From assembly GCF_009617975.1 (NCBI RefSeq), contig NZ_CP040089.1:270001-302000 (forward strand): a stretch of 32,000 nt of DNA. The letters run 5' to 3'. Origin of the DNA: Candidatus Nanohalobium constans (lineage in GTDB: Archaea > Nanohalarchaeota > Nanosalinia > Nanosalinales > Nanosalinaceae). The notes beneath the pieces are model-generated. The model saw nothing but the letters and a program-made list of their open reading frames with translations, was not told the origin of the DNA and did no database searches. Shown here piece by piece: positions 8,575 through 18,211 of the stretch; within the stretch, counting starts at the first letter, position 1, and each line of letters starts with the position of its first letter. A program made the position numbers and the translations under genes.

Positions 8575-9372
8575 ATGTTAGCCATGAAATACGACAAACA
8601 AAACTTAAGCCTTTTAACCCTGATAGCATTAACAATCGTTGCTTCAGGATGTATTTCAAACAGTTCAGCAAATCTAGACCAGGATTTTAACGGCGAATAT
8701 ACATCTATTGACACAAATATTTCGGGAGAGTCATTACTTAACGAGACATTCTCCAGCACGTCGGAAGATTACGATATGAGTTCAAAGACGCAGTTACTTT
8801 TCAACACGCCAGTGACTTCATTCAGATTAAACCTGACTTCTGAAGGAGTTTTCCAGCAAAACATGTCTGAAACCACTTCAGTTACCAGGATTGGTTTAGG
8901 AGCAATTGATGGAGAGAATAAGTCTGATTGGGCTCAAAAAACAATTAAGACCAGTGGAAACAGCTCTACAATCACTGTAAATTCTGAGGGAAACCAGAGT
9001 TCAGAGACAGTTGATGCAATCAGTGATGAAGAACTTGGTGTTTCAATCGAAGCTTTCAAACAGATCGGATACAGCGATGTAGAAGTACTGGGAGCTACGG
9101 GAGAAAATCAGTCCGGAATCGCCTTAGAGATCGAAGCAGACAACGCTGATCTAGCACAGAACTATGAGAACATCTTCAAGAATCATGCAGTGAACGAGGA
9201 TGAGGGGTCATCGATGGAGGATGGAGAAGAGGTCTCTCAATTCAATCAGTCAAAGACCTACGCAGTCATCGACAGGGACGCGAAAAGATTAGAGAGCTAT
9301 TCTTACTTCGGCTCAGCAGCTAACGGAAGCATGCAGGTAAGAGTAGACGCAGACTTCAATCACAAAGAGTGA
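8575..9372 (+). CDS. predicted secreted lipoprotein, sequon-dense, acidic
   Basis: 265 aa. Signal plus lipobox LIALTIVASG|C. I hand-counted 11 N-x-S/T sequons after the signal peptide. Confidence 0.7.
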   Translation: MLAMKYDKQNLSLLTLIALTIVASGCISNSSANLDQDFNGEYTSIDTNISGESLLNETFSSTSEDYDMSSKTQLLFNTPVTSFRLNLTSEGVFQQNMSETTSVTRIGLGAIDGENKSDWAQKTIKTSGNSSTITVNSEGNQSSETVDAISDEELGVSIEAFKQIGYSDVEVLGATGENQSGIALEIEADNADLAQNYENIFKNHAVNEDEGSSMEDGEEVSQFNQSKTYAVIDRDAKRLESYSYFGSAANGSMQVRVDADFNHKE

Positions 9373-9407
9373 AACAATCTCTTCCTTTTTTCTTATTTAT
9401 TCTGAAA

Positions 9408-9812
9408 TTATTCAGTTTCTACCTCAATTTCTCCGTTCTGGATATCCTGAAGTATCGAGCCGTAGAAAAGCGTGCTCATCAATGTTACGAATACCGTTAT
9501 TGCTACTATCTCTGCCAAGGCTTTTGGAAACCCTTTTTCGACCGTCTGTATGTACAGGCTCATCACGAAAGCGAGGATTCCTGCGAAAGCTCCGGACCAC
9601 AAGTTCCAGCCCTCACTTCTCTTGAACGCTAGCCTGACTCCAAACTGGCTCTTGAACTTCTTTGAAGCGACAACTGTGGCTAGTAGAGTAATAGTTGTGA
9701 AGAGGTATATGATAGGTGTCTGAGCCGCCTGATTTATGACTGTGACCAGTACAAGACCAAAGATACCCCACAATTCAATGTTTCTTTCCTTCAAAATATT
9801 TCTCAATTCCAT
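9408..9812 (-). CDS. four-TM membrane protein, unknown function
   Basis: The track ORF extends to 9842. The in-frame ATG at 9810-9812 (MELRNILKER...) removes the 29-nt overlap with the upstream gene, whose stop is at 9814-9816. Confidence 0.6.
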   Translation of the reverse strand: MELRNILKERNIELWGIFGLVLVTVINQAAQTPIIYLFTTITLLATVVASKKFKSQFGVRLAFKRSEGWNLWSGAFAGILAFVMSLYIQTVEKGFPKALAEIVAITVFVTLMSTLFYGSILQDIQNGEIEVETE

Positions 9813-9813
9813 A

Positions 9814-10695
9814 TCACTCACCTTTCTGTGCATCATTTTCACTTTGTTGCTCTAGAGATGGTGCTCTGGCTTCTACCCAGAAAGTATTGCCTCTGTAATC
9901 AACAATCCATGTCCTGCTGTAGCCATCTTCTTCAACCGGCTGGCCTTCTTTCAAGGCCTCTAACACCCTGTTTAACTCCTCAGTCTCATCACCGTAGTAA
10001 GTCTCTTCTATAGCCTTCTGTATAAATTCTTCAGACAGGTTTGAGGCATCTAATTCAAACAGGTATTTTTCTCTTAACTGAGAGGAGTATTCCGAAAGAT
10101 TTGAAGCCACTTTCTTACTTGTATAATTGTAGAGCTTTTCAGAAGAGTTTTCCTCCAACTCCTTGGTTACTCTAACTGTTGTATTTTCTCGTGAAAAAGT
10201 AGTATCGTTCCTATCTATGAGAACTGATTCATTTTTATCTTCAGGGCTGTAGAACTGATTGTAGGTCATTATGCTTATGTTGCTTCCAGTGCCAGCCTGA
10301 TCAAGTATCATATCGACCATATCTGCCTCGTCTGTAATAAGATTAACTTCATCGCCCTGAGATTTTCCGACCTTTTCTGCCTTATACTTCACCAGTATTC
10401 CTTCCTTCTTTCCTGCTTCGGTTCTGTTCAAAGAGTAAAGGCTTCCGTTGTAGAGTACAGGAATACCGTTTTCCAGTACGTCTCTTGGAGGGTTCTCAGT
10501 TGTCAGAGAAGTACCCTCCTGGATAACTCTCTCAAAATCAATGTGCATATTGACAATATCCACGGAGGCCTTCTCTCCCAAATCAGTTCCGCCAACTTCC
10601 TCCATACTCAAAGAAGCCTCTGCATCGATACAACCGCTGGAAACAACTACAAGCGTTAAAAGACCTAAAACCAAGATAAAACTATTATTTCTCAT
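9814..10695 (-). CDS. predicted secreted lipoprotein, sequon-dense
   Basis: 293 aa. Signal plus lipobox LLTLVVVSSG|C. I hand-counted 10 N-x-S/T sequons after the signal. It is directly followed by the membrane protein 9408-9812. Confidence 0.7.
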   Translation of the reverse strand: MRNNSFILVLGLLTLVVVSSGCIDAEASLSMEEVGGTDLGEKASVDIVNMHIDFERVIQEGTSLTTENPPRDVLENGIPVLYNGSLYSLNRTEAGKKEGILVKYKAEKVGKSQGDEVNLITDEADMVDMILDQAGTGSNISIMTYNQFYSPEDKNESVLIDRNDTTFSRENTTVRVTKELEENSSEKLYNYTSKKVASNLSEYSSQLREKYLFELDASNLSEEFIQKAIEETYYGDETEELNRVLEALKEGQPVEEDGYSRTWIVDYRGNTFWVEARAPSLEQQSENDAQKGE

Positions 10696-10760
10696 AAGTT
10701 TCCATTCGGTAACCGCGTTTAAATTTCTGATCCCCGATATCTCAATATGGGTAAGGTATA

Positions 10761-11114
10761 ATGGAAATCTTGGGAAGAGAAATATCGTTTACTCCGTTCA
10801 ACGTGGGCTTTGTGATCGGTACTTTGTCGGTAGTCGCTATCTTCTATGTTGAGTCTTCTCTGGCAAGAAACTTCCTCGGCTTCTTGATCGGCTTAGGTTT
10901 TTCACCGGCATTCACTTCCGAAAGCTCTCATTCAAACAGATATTTTGCCCTCGCATTCGTATTTATAGCTTTTACACTCATGATTCTCGCAGGATTCCGC
11001 TGGCCACTCATCATATCATTCTTCATACTCGCAATTTCAGCTACCGTAGAGGCGGATAGCAGAGCAACCATGGAAGCAGTTAGGAAGTGCAGAGAAGAAA
11101 ATCCAGGTTACTGA
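10761..11114 (+). CDS. small membrane protein (about 3 TM)
   Basis: 117 aa, hydrophobic throughout. I recognise no family. Confidence 0.55.
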   Translation: MEILGREISFTPFNVGFVIGTLSVVAIFYVESSLARNFLGFLIGLGFSPAFTSESSHSNRYFALAFVFIAFTLMILAGFRWPLIISFFILAISATVEADSRATMEAVRKCREENPGY

Positions 11115-11294
11115 GGTGTTTTAGCGGTGACAGAAACTTAGATCTGGTAAACCTAGAACTGTGAACAAATACTTTATCCATATTGAATTATTTCTGGTTC
11201 TTGCACTCCGACAGAAATTTAGAATAGGCAGAAGAAAGGGTTTTAGCACAGGATAACCAAACTCATAAAACGCTTCGAGAAAAGGAAATAAATC

Positions 11295-11801
11295 ATGGTC
11301 CTAGATCAAGCAATAAGGTTTCTAGTATTTGATTTAGGAATCAAACTAACCAAAACGGCTTTATTCTTGGGTTTCGCAGCTTTAGGCATCAGATTTGCCT
11401 CAGACATCCTCAGAAGTATTGCCAGCCGCAAGTACTCCGAGCCTGTAGTAGTTGAACTAATAGCTGATGCCTGCAAGTTTTTCATGTGGTTCTGGGCGAT
11501 TCTAATCTCGCTTAGCATCTTAGGTTTCTCAGGTATCGCGACCTCCATGGGAACAGCCTCAGGTTTTGTAGCACTAGGAGTAGCTTTCGCCCTGAAAAAT
11601 GTGATATCTGACACAGTAGCAGGAGCATACCTTGCTCAAGACCCGGACTTTAACTCAGGAGACAGAGTAGAAGTCGATGGAAATGAAGGAGTTATCGAAG
11701 ATGTCGGTCTGAGAAAAACTCGCTTAAGACTGGAAAACGGCGATTTAAGGGTCATCAACAACTCTGATGCCGAGAAGAAGTGGACTTTGAAGTCGAATTA
11801 G
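11295..11801 (+). CDS. short MscS-family mechanosensitive channel-like protein
   Basis: 168 aa. TM helices are followed by GVAFALKNVISDTVAGAYLAQDPDFNSGDRVEVDGNEGVIEDVGLRKTRLRLENGDLRVINNS, which matches the MscS pore-helix/beta-domain pattern. The usual C-terminal alpha-beta domain is missing. Confidence 0.75.
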   Translation: MVLDQAIRFLVFDLGIKLTKTALFLGFAALGIRFASDILRSIASRKYSEPVVVELIADACKFFMWFWAILISLSILGFSGIATSMGTASGFVALGVAFALKNVISDTVAGAYLAQDPDFNSGDRVEVDGNEGVIEDVGLRKTRLRLENGDLRVINNSDAEKKWTLKSN

Positions 11802-11955
11802 ACTTTTCTTCTCTTTATGAAATAGATCGTGTAGAATGCTAGAGACAGTAAAACTGCTTCCTTGAAACCTATCGGCAGAGGGATTGGCAGAATCATATTC
11901 TAAGGTTAGTCTCTGTTCCATTTAATTTAAACAGTTTTTCTCCGCAGTTCAGAGT

Positions 11956-13632
11956 ATGGAAATCGAAGAGGTAGCTCGAAAATACGCACTTAGAAATGCT
12001 GTAGAACACGGCGGAGAATGCAACCCTGGCGCAGTAATCGGAAAAATATTCGCAGAAGAAGAATTCGAAAACAAAGGCGAAGTACAGCAAAAAGCACAGC
12101 AGGTCTGCCAAGAAGTCAACGAGCTATCACTAGAAGAACAGGAAGACGAACTGGAAAGCTACGAATTCAAGGAACAGGAAGAAGAGGAACACGACCCAGT
12201 ACCAGATCTAGAAGGCGCAGAAGACGGAGAGGTAGTTCTCAGGTTCGCACCGAACCCTAATGCACCACCCCATATCGGTCACGCCCGTGGAATGGTTATC
12301 AATGGCGAACTAAAGGAGAAATACGATGGAAAACTGATCCTCAGGTTCGACGATACAGATCCACAGACCAAGAGACCGCTAAAAACAGAAGAATACGACG
12401 CGTACCAGATGCAGCAAGAAGACTTTGAATGGCTCGGCTATGAGATTGACGAGGTCAGGAAATGCTCGGAAAACTTCGACACATACATCGAATACGCTGA
12501 AGAATTAATCGAAATGGGGAAGGCCTATGTTTGTCAGTGCAGCCAGGAAGAAGGCCAGAAATACAGGAAAGAAGGAGAATCATGTCCTCACAGAGATCAG
12601 AGCGCTGAGGAAAACATGGATCTCTGGGAAGAAATGCGTAATGGCGGTCTAGGTGAAGGTGATGCTGTTCTCAAGATTAAAACTGATATGCAGCATAAAA
12701 ATCCTGCTATCAGAGATTTTGTGGCATTTAGGATAATTGAAGACGCAGATCACCCGGTTACAGGCGATGAGTATCGTGTCTGGCCGATGCTTGACTTCCA
12801 GGGTGCGATTGAAGATCATGAGATGGGAACAACCCATATTTTTCGGGGTAAGGAGCTTCGAGCCTCTGCAGAAAGACAGAAGTTCATCTATGAATACTTT
12901 GGTTGGGAGTATCCTAGAGTCAATCACTGGGGTCAGGTTCAGATCTCCGGCTTTGATGCACCTGTCAGCGGATCCAAGCTAGGAGAGATGGTAGAGAATG
13001 GAGGGCTTGATGGCTGGGATGATCCAAGAGCACCAACCCTTCGAGCTCTCAGACGGAGAGGTTTCCAGCCTGAAGCGATTAGGAACTTCTTTGTGGATAT
13101 GGGAGTAACTGAGAACGATGTTGAGGCCTCAGTAGAGAGCTTGGAGAAGGAAAATACGCGAGTAATTGATGCCAGTACTGAGAGAAGGTTCCTGGTTCGA
13201 GATCCTGTCGAATTAGAAGTTGAAGGAATTCCGGAAGATGTTGAAGTGGGTATTCCAAGGCATCCGGAAGAGGAGATGGGAGAGAGAACCTTCGAGCTCG
13301 AAAGAGAGAACGGAAAGATCACTGTTTTAGTTGAAGAAGATGACCTAGAAGACGGGTTTATCCGTTTGAAAGGACTGTGCAATATCCGAGTAGAAGATGG
13401 TAAAGGAGAGTTTGTTGAAGGAGACCATAAAGTCGCTCTAGAAAAGGATGGCGATATCATTCACTGGGCTCCAGAAAACGCTGATACATCGGAGGTCTAC
13501 ATGCCTGATGGAAGTGTTATTGAAGGTAGAATTGAGCCATCTAACTATAAAGTGGATGAGCTGTACCAGTTTGAGCGTTTTGGATTTGTCAGGTGTGATG
13601 AGGAGAATGTTTTCTATTACGGACATCAGTGA
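11956..13632 (+). CDS. gltX: glutamyl-tRNA synthetase, archaeal/eukaryal type
   Basis: 558 aa. Class I HIGH motif (PPHIGHARG) and a KMSKS-like VSGSKLG. About 95 aa precede the catalytic core (YALRNAVEHGG...GAVIGKIF). Together with gatD in the same window this fits the indirect Gln-tRNA route. Confidence 0.92.
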   Translation: MEIEEVARKYALRNAVEHGGECNPGAVIGKIFAEEEFENKGEVQQKAQQVCQEVNELSLEEQEDELESYEFKEQEEEEHDPVPDLEGAEDGEVVLRFAPNPNAPPHIGHARGMVINGELKEKYDGKLILRFDDTDPQTKRPLKTEEYDAYQMQQEDFEWLGYEIDEVRKCSENFDTYIEYAEELIEMGKAYVCQCSQEEGQKYRKEGESCPHRDQSAEENMDLWEEMRNGGLGEGDAVLKIKTDMQHKNPAIRDFVAFRIIEDADHPVTGDEYRVWPMLDFQGAIEDHEMGTTHIFRGKELRASAERQKFIYEYFGWEYPRVNHWGQVQISGFDAPVSGSKLGEMVENGGLDGWDDPRAPTLRALRRRGFQPEAIRNFFVDMGVTENDVEASVESLEKENTRVIDASTERRFLVRDPVELEVEGIPEDVEVGIPRHPEEEMGERTFELERENGKITVLVEEDDLEDGFIRLKGLCNIRVEDGKGEFVEGDHKVALEKDGDIIHWAPENADTSEVYMPDGSVIEGRIEPSNYKVDELYQFERFGFVRCDEENVFYYGHQ

Positions 13633-13728
13633 CTCAAAGGTAGTACCGATGTTATGAACATGCTTTCCTCCACACATTTCTTTATACCGTGGACCTCAGC
13701 AATACTGAAGTAGGAGGGGAGTATATCT

Positions 13729-13860
13729 TTGAACGATGCTCGGCTAGGGCTTTGCGTAATCTGCGGAAGTCGTGTTCATTCTGGCGAAAGTCATGTTGAA
13801 GCCATAGAAGGCTACTGCCACAGAACCTGTTTGGCAACCACAGACATAATCAAAGCCTGA
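13729..13860 (+). CDS. possible 43-aa Cys-rich mini-ORF (TTG start)
   Basis: GGAGGGGAG sits about 8 nt upstream of TTG 13729. Translation: (M)NDARLGLCVICGSRVHSGESHVEAIEGYCHRTCLATTDIIKA, giving CxxC plus CxxxC. T-tracts follow at about 13878-13900. Speculative. Confidence 0.25.
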   Translation: MNDARLGLCVICGSRVHSGESHVEAIEGYCHRTCLATTDIIKA

Positions 13861-13944
13861 ACAAAAAAACACACTTCCTCTTTTTCCCTTTTTCTTAACA
13901 CAGAAACTCAGGTAACTATCTCAAAAAACCACAAAGCTCCAAAT

Positions 13945-13962
13945 GGTTTTTAATATTTTTAC
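13945..13962 (+). promoter_or_regulatory. TATA-like box upstream of the thermosome gene
   Basis: GGTTTTTAATATTTTTAC lies about 40 nt upstream of ATG 13996. AGGTGA at 13979-13984 is a candidate Shine-Dalgarno. Confidence 0.35.
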
Positions 13963-13995
13963 ATACATCAACAAAAACAGGTGAAAAATAATTCT

Positions 13996-15669
13996 ATGGC
14001 AGGACTAGGTGGACAACCGGTCTTCATAATGTCTGAAGACGCGGAACGGCAAACTGGCGAAGACGCACAAGAAAACAATATCAACGCATGCAAAAGCGTG
14101 GCAAAAGCAGTAAGAACCACTCTTGGACCGAAAGGAATGGACAAGATGATGGTAAACAGCGTAGGAGACCTCGTAGTCACAAATGACGGTGTAACAATAC
14201 TAGATGAAATGGATCTCGATCATCCAGCAGCTAAAATGATGGTTGAGGTCGCAGAAACACAGGAAGAAGAAGTAGGCGACGGAACCACAACAGCAGTAGT
14301 TCTAGCAGGAGAACTTTTGAAACAATCCGAAGATCTTCTCGATCAGGAGATCCACCCAACTGTCATCACCAAAGGATACAGACTAGCACGAGAAAAAAGC
14401 AACGAAGTACTAGACGACATCGCAGAAGAAGTAGACCTCTCAGACGACGAAGTACTACAGAGAGTAGCAATGACAGCAATGACAGGAAAAAGTGCAGAAA
14501 CAGCAAGAGACTACCTGGCCGACATCGCAGTTCAAGCAGTCAAAGGCGTAGCAGAAGAAAGAGAAAACAAGTTCGTCGTCGACAGAGACATGATCAAACT
14601 AGAGAAAAACGAAGGAGCATCCGTAGAAGACACAGAACTAGTAAACGGCGTAATCCTGAACAAAGAGAAAGTTCACGGCGGAATGCCGGAAAAAGTAGAC
14701 GAAGCAAAAATTGCACTACTCGACTCACCGATCGAAGTAAGAGAAACAGAGACAGATGCAGAAATCAACATCTCCGACCCAGGACAGATGAAGAACTTCG
14801 TCGAACAGGAAGAAGAACAACTCAAGGAAATGGTAGAATCCATTGACCAAGCAGGAGCAAATGTAGTCCTCTGCCAGAAAGGCATCGACGACATGGCACA
14901 ACACTTCCTTGCTAAGAAAGGAATCTACGCAGTAAGAAGAGTAAGCAGCGGCGATATGGACAAACTAGCCAAAGCCACTGATGCAAACATCGTAACAAGC
15001 ATCAACGAAATAGAAAGCAGCGACCTAGGAAACGCAGGAACAGTCGAACAGAGAAAAGTAGGCGGCGACTCCATGACCTTCGTACAAGACTGCCCAGAAG
15101 CCAAATCAGTCTCCATCCTCATCAGAGGAGGAACAGAACACGTAGTAGACGAAATAGAAAGAGCAATGGAGGACGCAATCGGCGGAGTCTCCTCAGCACT
15201 GAGAAACGGCAGAGTAGTCGGAGGTGGAGGAGCCACAGAAGTAGAACTAGCACAAGAACTCCGTGACTACGCAGACAGCGTAGGAGGACGAGAACAGCTG
15301 GCGATCAACGCCTTTGCAGATGCACTGGAAATCATCCCAAGAACTCTGGCAGAAAATGCAGGATTTGACCCAATCGACACACTAGTCGACCTCAGAAATA
15401 AGCACGACGACGGAGAAACCTGGAGTGGTATCAATGTCACCTCAGGCAAATCCGAGAAACTATTCGATGAAGGGGTTGTCGAGCCACAGCAGACAAAGAC
15501 ACAGGCAGTCTCATCAGCTAGTGAAGCCGCAGAGATGATCCTCAGAATCGACGATGTCATCAGCGCCTCTGGAATGGGCGACGATGACGGAGCCGGCGGC
15601 CCGCCTGCAGGAGGCCCTCCAGGTGGACCAGGTGGTGGAATGCCAGGTGGCATGGGAGGAATGATGTAA
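13996..15669 (+). CDS. ths: thermosome subunit (group II chaperonin)
   Basis: The track ORF starts at GTG 13981; ATG 13996 ([12 protein letters not shown]) is the more likely start. Signatures: [42 protein letters not shown]. The C-terminal tail is Gly/Met-rich ([19 protein letters not shown]). Confidence 0.95.
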   Translation: MAGLGGQPVFIMSEDAERQTGEDAQENNINACKSVAKAVRTTLGPKGMDKMMVNSVGDLVVTNDGVTILDEMDLDHPAAKMMVEVAETQEEEVGDGTTTAVVLAGELLKQSEDLLDQEIHPTVITKGYRLAREKSNEVLDDIAEEVDLSDDEVLQRVAMTAMTGKSAETARDYLADIAVQAVKGVAEERENKFVVDRDMIKLEKNEGASVEDTELVNGVILNKEKVHGGMPEKVDEAKIALLDSPIEVRETETDAEINISDPGQMKNFVEQEEEQLKEMVESIDQAGANVVLCQKGIDDMAQHFLAKKGIYAVRRVSSGDMDKLAKATDANIVTSINEIESSDLGNAGTVEQRKVGGDSMTFVQDCPEAKSVSILIRGGTEHVVDEIERAMEDAIGGVSSALRNGRVVGGGGATEVELAQELRDYADSVGGREQLAINAFADALEIIPRTLAENAGFDPIDTLVDLRNKHDDGETWSGINVTSGKSEKLFDEGVVEPQQTKTQAVSSASEAAEMILRIDDVISASGMGDDDGAGGPPAGGPPGGPGGGMPGGMGGMM

Positions 15670-15687
15670 TTCCTTCTTTCTTTCCTG

Positions 15688-16098
15688 CTATTTTTCTAAA
15701 GTTACATATTGGAAGTCTTCTTTTCTGGGTATTCCCATAGGTAATTCATCTATCTTCCAGTATCCTTCCACCCAACTGGCGGAATAAGAATCGGCTCTGA
15801 AATATTCAGGGTGTTGAAAGTCTCTGGTGAGGGTTGTATCACTATATCCTGTCTTTTCTGCCCATGTGTCTTCTATTTCGTCTTCTGGGACTGAGATGTC
15901 TAGTACGATTTTAGTTTCGCCAGTTACTCCTCTTGGATTTGTTCCTGCATATTCTGCTGCATCTGAAAAATCTCCGCTGAACCATAAGTAGCGTGTTTGT
16001 GCTTCTGCATCTTTGGTTCTGGCTTTTATTGTTCCATCGGCTTCCAGAGCTCTAAATGCTTCATGGCTGGTGCCAGAAAAGAGTTGTTTCCAAGACAT
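15688..16098 (-). CDS. hypothetical cytoplasmic protein
   Basis: 136 aa, no signal peptide, no motif I recognise. Convergent with the thermosome gene. Confidence 0.55.
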   Translation of the reverse strand: MSWKQLFSGTSHEAFRALEADGTIKARTKDAEAQTRYLWFSGDFSDAAEYAGTNPRGVTGETKIVLDISVPEDEIEDTWAEKTGYSDTTLTRDFQHPEYFRADSYSASWVEGYWKIDELPMGIPRKEDFQYVTLEK

Positions 16099-16218
16099 AG
16101 TAACTGATTTTAGGGCTGCTCTTTAAGTTCTTAAGTTATAATAATCTGGTTGGATTGACCATGCCTTATTTATACCGGGAGCGGGAATTTTTGGGTATAA
16201 CGAGGTTTTGAGAAAATT

Positions 16219-17004
16219 ATGTCTGATGATGAGGTTGAGCTTGGTGGTAAGCAGGGTGCCGGTGATGATTATGAGGTTGTTCCGGTTGGCCCTTTGAGGA
16301 AACTTGAGAGAAGAGTTGATGAGCTGCAGGAGCAGAATCAGCAAGGCGGTGGTTCCGGTGGTGCTGATGATGAACTGGTTCGTGATGTTTTGGATATCAT
16401 GAAGTCGAATCAGAAAATCGTCAATGACATGACTGAGTCAACTCACGAGCTCAAAAACTCGGTTGAAGACCTGACTCATAAGATGGATGAGGTCGTTGAT
16501 AATATGAATAATTTCATGGATCTCTTGACCGAGGCTTCTGAGATGGATATGGAAGGTGAGATGGTTGGTGATATGGAAGGTCGTATCGCTGAGGCTATTG
16601 GATCTAAGATGGATGATGTTGCTCAGGATATGAAGCAATCGAATCAGGAAGTAGTCGAGCATTTAAACGATATTAATGATAGTTTGAGGAAGAGTTATGC
16701 TTCTCAGAACAAGGATGGCTTGGTTTCCCGGTCTCGTGATCAGAATGTTGGAGGTCAACAGGTTCAGTCTAGTTCGCAGCCTCAGCCGCAATCTCAGTCT
16801 CAGAGACAATCTCGGTCACAGTCTCAGGGCATGGATGGCGGTCAGTCAAGTCCTCAGCAGTCAATGGGCGATCAGGGTCGTGATTCTATAGGTAAAAACC
16901 GTTCACGTCAGCAAGGCAATGATTTAGATCTTGGTTCCGATAATTCAGATCGAATGGATAGGCTGAGAGAAAGATTTAACAAGACAGGAAAAAATGAAGA
17001 GTAA
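16219..17004 (+). CDS. acidic coiled-coil protein with Gln/Ser-rich low-complexity tail; first gene of the pilus-like locus
   Basis: 261 aa with no signal or TM. The central region has a heptad-like pattern rich in D/E/M (VNDMTESTHELKNSVEDLTHKMDEVVDNMNNFMDLL). The tail reads SSQPQPQSQSQRQSRSQSQ. The 3' end overlaps the first pilin gene by 11 nt. Confidence 0.7.
   Translation: MSDDEVELGGKQGAGDDYEVVPVGPLRKLERRVDELQEQNQQGGGSGGADDELVRDVLDIMKSNQKIVNDMTESTHELKNSVEDLTHKMDEVVDNMNNFMDLLTEASEMDMEGEMVGDMEGRIAEAIGSKMDDVAQDMKQSNQEVVEHLNDINDSLRKSYASQNKDGLVSRSRDQNVGGQQVQSSSQPQPQSQSQRQSRSQSQGMDGGQSSPQQSMGDQGRDSIGKNRSRQQGNDLDLGSDNSDRMDRLRERFNKTGKNEE
16765..16827 (+). repeat. imperfect CAG/TCT-rich hexanucleotide-like low-complexity tract encoding (S/P/R)Q repeats
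   Basis: Sequence: cagtctagttcgcagcctcagccgcaatctcagtctcagagacaatctcggtcacagtctcag. Confidence 0.6.
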
Positions 17005-17485
17005 AGGCGTTTCACCTGTTGTGGCTACTGTATTACTTGTTGGTATAGCTATTGCTTCTGTTTCCTCTGCTGCCATAGTTCTTCAAGGAACTTTAACTGA
17101 TATCCAGGGTAATGTTGAGGACTGGATTGGGCAGGAGGATAGGGAAGAGTCTACGAAGATCAGTGTAGATTACGGCTATAATCAAAGTGATTATCTGCTT
17201 GTTGACCTGAGGAATACAGGCTCTTCATCCATAGAAATCGTAGAGGATGGCGGTACTTCGCTAAACATGTATCTTGAGGGGGTGCCGGAAGACTGGAGCT
17301 TTGTATCAGGAAGCCCATACGAGTCTCAGAGCACGGTGATACTCGATCCGTCCGCTACATTGACGCTTAACACTACTGAAAAATTCCCGGTTGAAGGAGA
17401 GAGTGTTGAAGTCGAGTTTGCAGGTCCTTATGAAACATCAACAACCTATATCTGCTTCAACGAAAACGGTGCCTGTGAGAGCTGA
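16994..17485 (+). CDS. archaeal type IV pilin (PF07790/DUF1628-type N-terminus)
   Basis: 163 aa. Class III signal MKSKG|VSPVVATVLLVGIAIASV. The C-terminus carries two Cys (YICFNENGACES). Confidence 0.85.
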   Translation: MKSKGVSPVVATVLLVGIAIASVSSAAIVLQGTLTDIQGNVEDWIGQEDREESTKISVDYGYNQSDYLLVDLRNTGSSSIEIVEDGGTSLNMYLEGVPEDWSFVSGSPYESQSTVILDPSATLTLNTTEKFPVEGESVEVEFAGPYETSTTYICFNENGACES

Positions 17486-17545
17486 AGCACTTAGCTAGAA
17501 CCTATTTAAATCAGGTTTATACAAATAATACGTAAGAGGTATATT

Positions 17546-18124
17546 ATGTTTAAACAGAGCAAGGGTATAACGCCCGTAATCGCGATCGTGCTACTACTAC
17601 TCGTCACCGTAGGCGCAGTAGGAGTAGTATACACACAGTTCCAAAACATAGCAGACCAGGGAGACACGCAGTTCAGCACAGACGCTAAAAACACCGAAGT
17701 CTCTCTAGTCTCAATCAGTGAGAACTCAGACAACAATGACTCCATGCAGTTGACATGGACAAACAAGCAGGACTCAGTAGAGATCAACCAGACAGAGATG
17801 CTTGAAATGACTTTCATCCCAGAAGATGGAGAGTCAGGTGTGCTTTTCCAGCAGGTAGAAACAGGAAGCTTCAACTCGCTTGATGTAGCAAGCAGTGATT
17901 TCCCATCTGGAGCATCCTCAACGCCTCAGATAGAATGTTTCAATGAAGAGGCTATTGCTGAAGAAGATCATCTGGTGACGACAGGAGAGACAGTTACCTG
18001 TGACACCAATGTCAAGTTCCCTGGTGCAACTGAGAGTATTTCAGTTGTTGTCAATGTCAAAGGTGGAGACAAGTCTTGGACTTACGAGTGTTCGCCTTCC
18101 ACATCTAGCAGTCAGACCTGTTAG
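17546..18124 (+). CDS. archaeal type IV pilin (PF07790-type N-terminus)
   Basis: 192 aa. MFKQSKG|ITPVIAIVLLLLVTVGAVGVVY. AAGAGGT lies before the ATG. Four Cys, with the last residue being Cys (SSSQTC). Confidence 0.85.
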   Translation: MFKQSKGITPVIAIVLLLLVTVGAVGVVYTQFQNIADQGDTQFSTDAKNTEVSLVSISENSDNNDSMQLTWTNKQDSVEINQTEMLEMTFIPEDGESGVLFQQVETGSFNSLDVASSDFPSGASSTPQIECFNEEAIAEEDHLVTTGETVTCDTNVKFPGATESISVVVNVKGGDKSWTYECSPSTSSSQTC

Positions 18125-18148
18125 ATAGGTAGGTTGCTCGAGCCCCCA

Positions 18149-18184
18149 TCTTTTCTCTTCTTTCTTTTTTCCCTCTTGTTTTAT
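18149..18184 (+). terminator. oligo-T rich putative archaeal terminator after the two PF07790-type pilin genes
   Basis: Sequence tcttttctcttctttcttttttccctcttgtttt immediately after the stop at 18122-18124. It is followed by the TATA-like TTTTATATTC (18179-18188), about 25 nt before ATG 18212. Confidence 0.35.
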
Positions 18185-18211
18185 ATTCTCAGATATTTGA
18201 ATTGGTTTTAC

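Noticed and set aside
11956-12240. The ~95-aa N-terminal extension of GluRS as a novel appended GatB/YqeY-like domain.
   Set aside because: The YALRNAVEHGG...GAVIGKIF pattern is suggestive. However, I believe archaeal GluRS commonly carries such an N-terminal region, and I cannot establish novelty without a search.
12939-13460. Long antisense ORFs inside strong genes. Examples are 12939-13460 within gltX, 15267-15653 and 14925-15236 within ths, 1552-2031 within rnj, 18502-18960, and 30394-31319 on the minus strand.
   Set aside because: Their Ser/Pro/Leu-rich products mirror the codon bias of the sense gene (few antisense stops). There are no motifs and no independent start or SD context.
18134-18211. 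TTG-initiated N-terminal extension of the 18134-18868 ORF (MLEPPSFLFFLFSLLFYILRYLNWFY). The TTG 27099 extension of rfcL and the TTG/GTG extensions at 2831, 3624 and 13981 are similar cases.
   Set aside because: The extensions translate T-tract or promoter-like DNA. Canonical family N-termini (MKGQ..., MWVQKYRP..., MAGLGGQP...) begin at the internal ATGs.
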